DNA of 64,000 nt, taken from the NCBI RefSeq assembly GCF_009914755.1, contig NC_060947.1, one strand, 5' to 3'. The DNA comes from the human T2T-CHM13v2.0 reference genome, Homo sapiens. Of this stretch, positions 63,981 through 64,000 are shown piece after piece. The position numbers and the translations under genes were made by a program. Position 1 is the first letter of the stretch. Each line of letters opens with the position of its first letter. Below the pieces are notes generated by a model. The model did not search any database. It was not told the origin of the DNA and saw only the letters and a list, made by a program, of their open reading frames with translations.

Positions 63981-64000
63981 TTTTCTTTTTTTTTTTCAAA

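Overview
Human (primate) euchromatin that is mostly transposon-derived and very L1-rich. It contains one real protein-coding gene: an intronless, CpG-island PABPC1-derived retrogene on the - strand, PABPC1L2 (X-linked A/B pair). It is probably the A copy if the window is in reference orientation, but the copies cannot be told apart here. The annotated 200-aa ORF (26291-26893, two RRMs) is preceded in frame by a long Ala/Glu/Asp-rich open frame with GTG codons in near-perfect Kozak context. Eight out-of-frame ATGs lie just upstream of the annotated ATG, arguing for a non-AUG-initiated, N-terminally extended protein. Around the gene are four near- or fully full-length L1s of successive ages (L1PA7-like, L1PA3-like, L1PA4-like and a human-specific pre-Ta L1HS), a 3.3-kb SVA_A-like element, an Alu, Tigger1/Tigger2a, MST/MLT LTRs and many old L1M fragments. 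Other notable structures are a nested two-step ~1-kb 3' transduction inside the L1HS target-site duplication and an old local inversion (~52.8-61.7 kb) that splits both a Tigger1 and an L1M. There is also a strong CTCF motif at ~34.45 kb. Repeat subfamily names come from recalled consensus sequences, not from a search.
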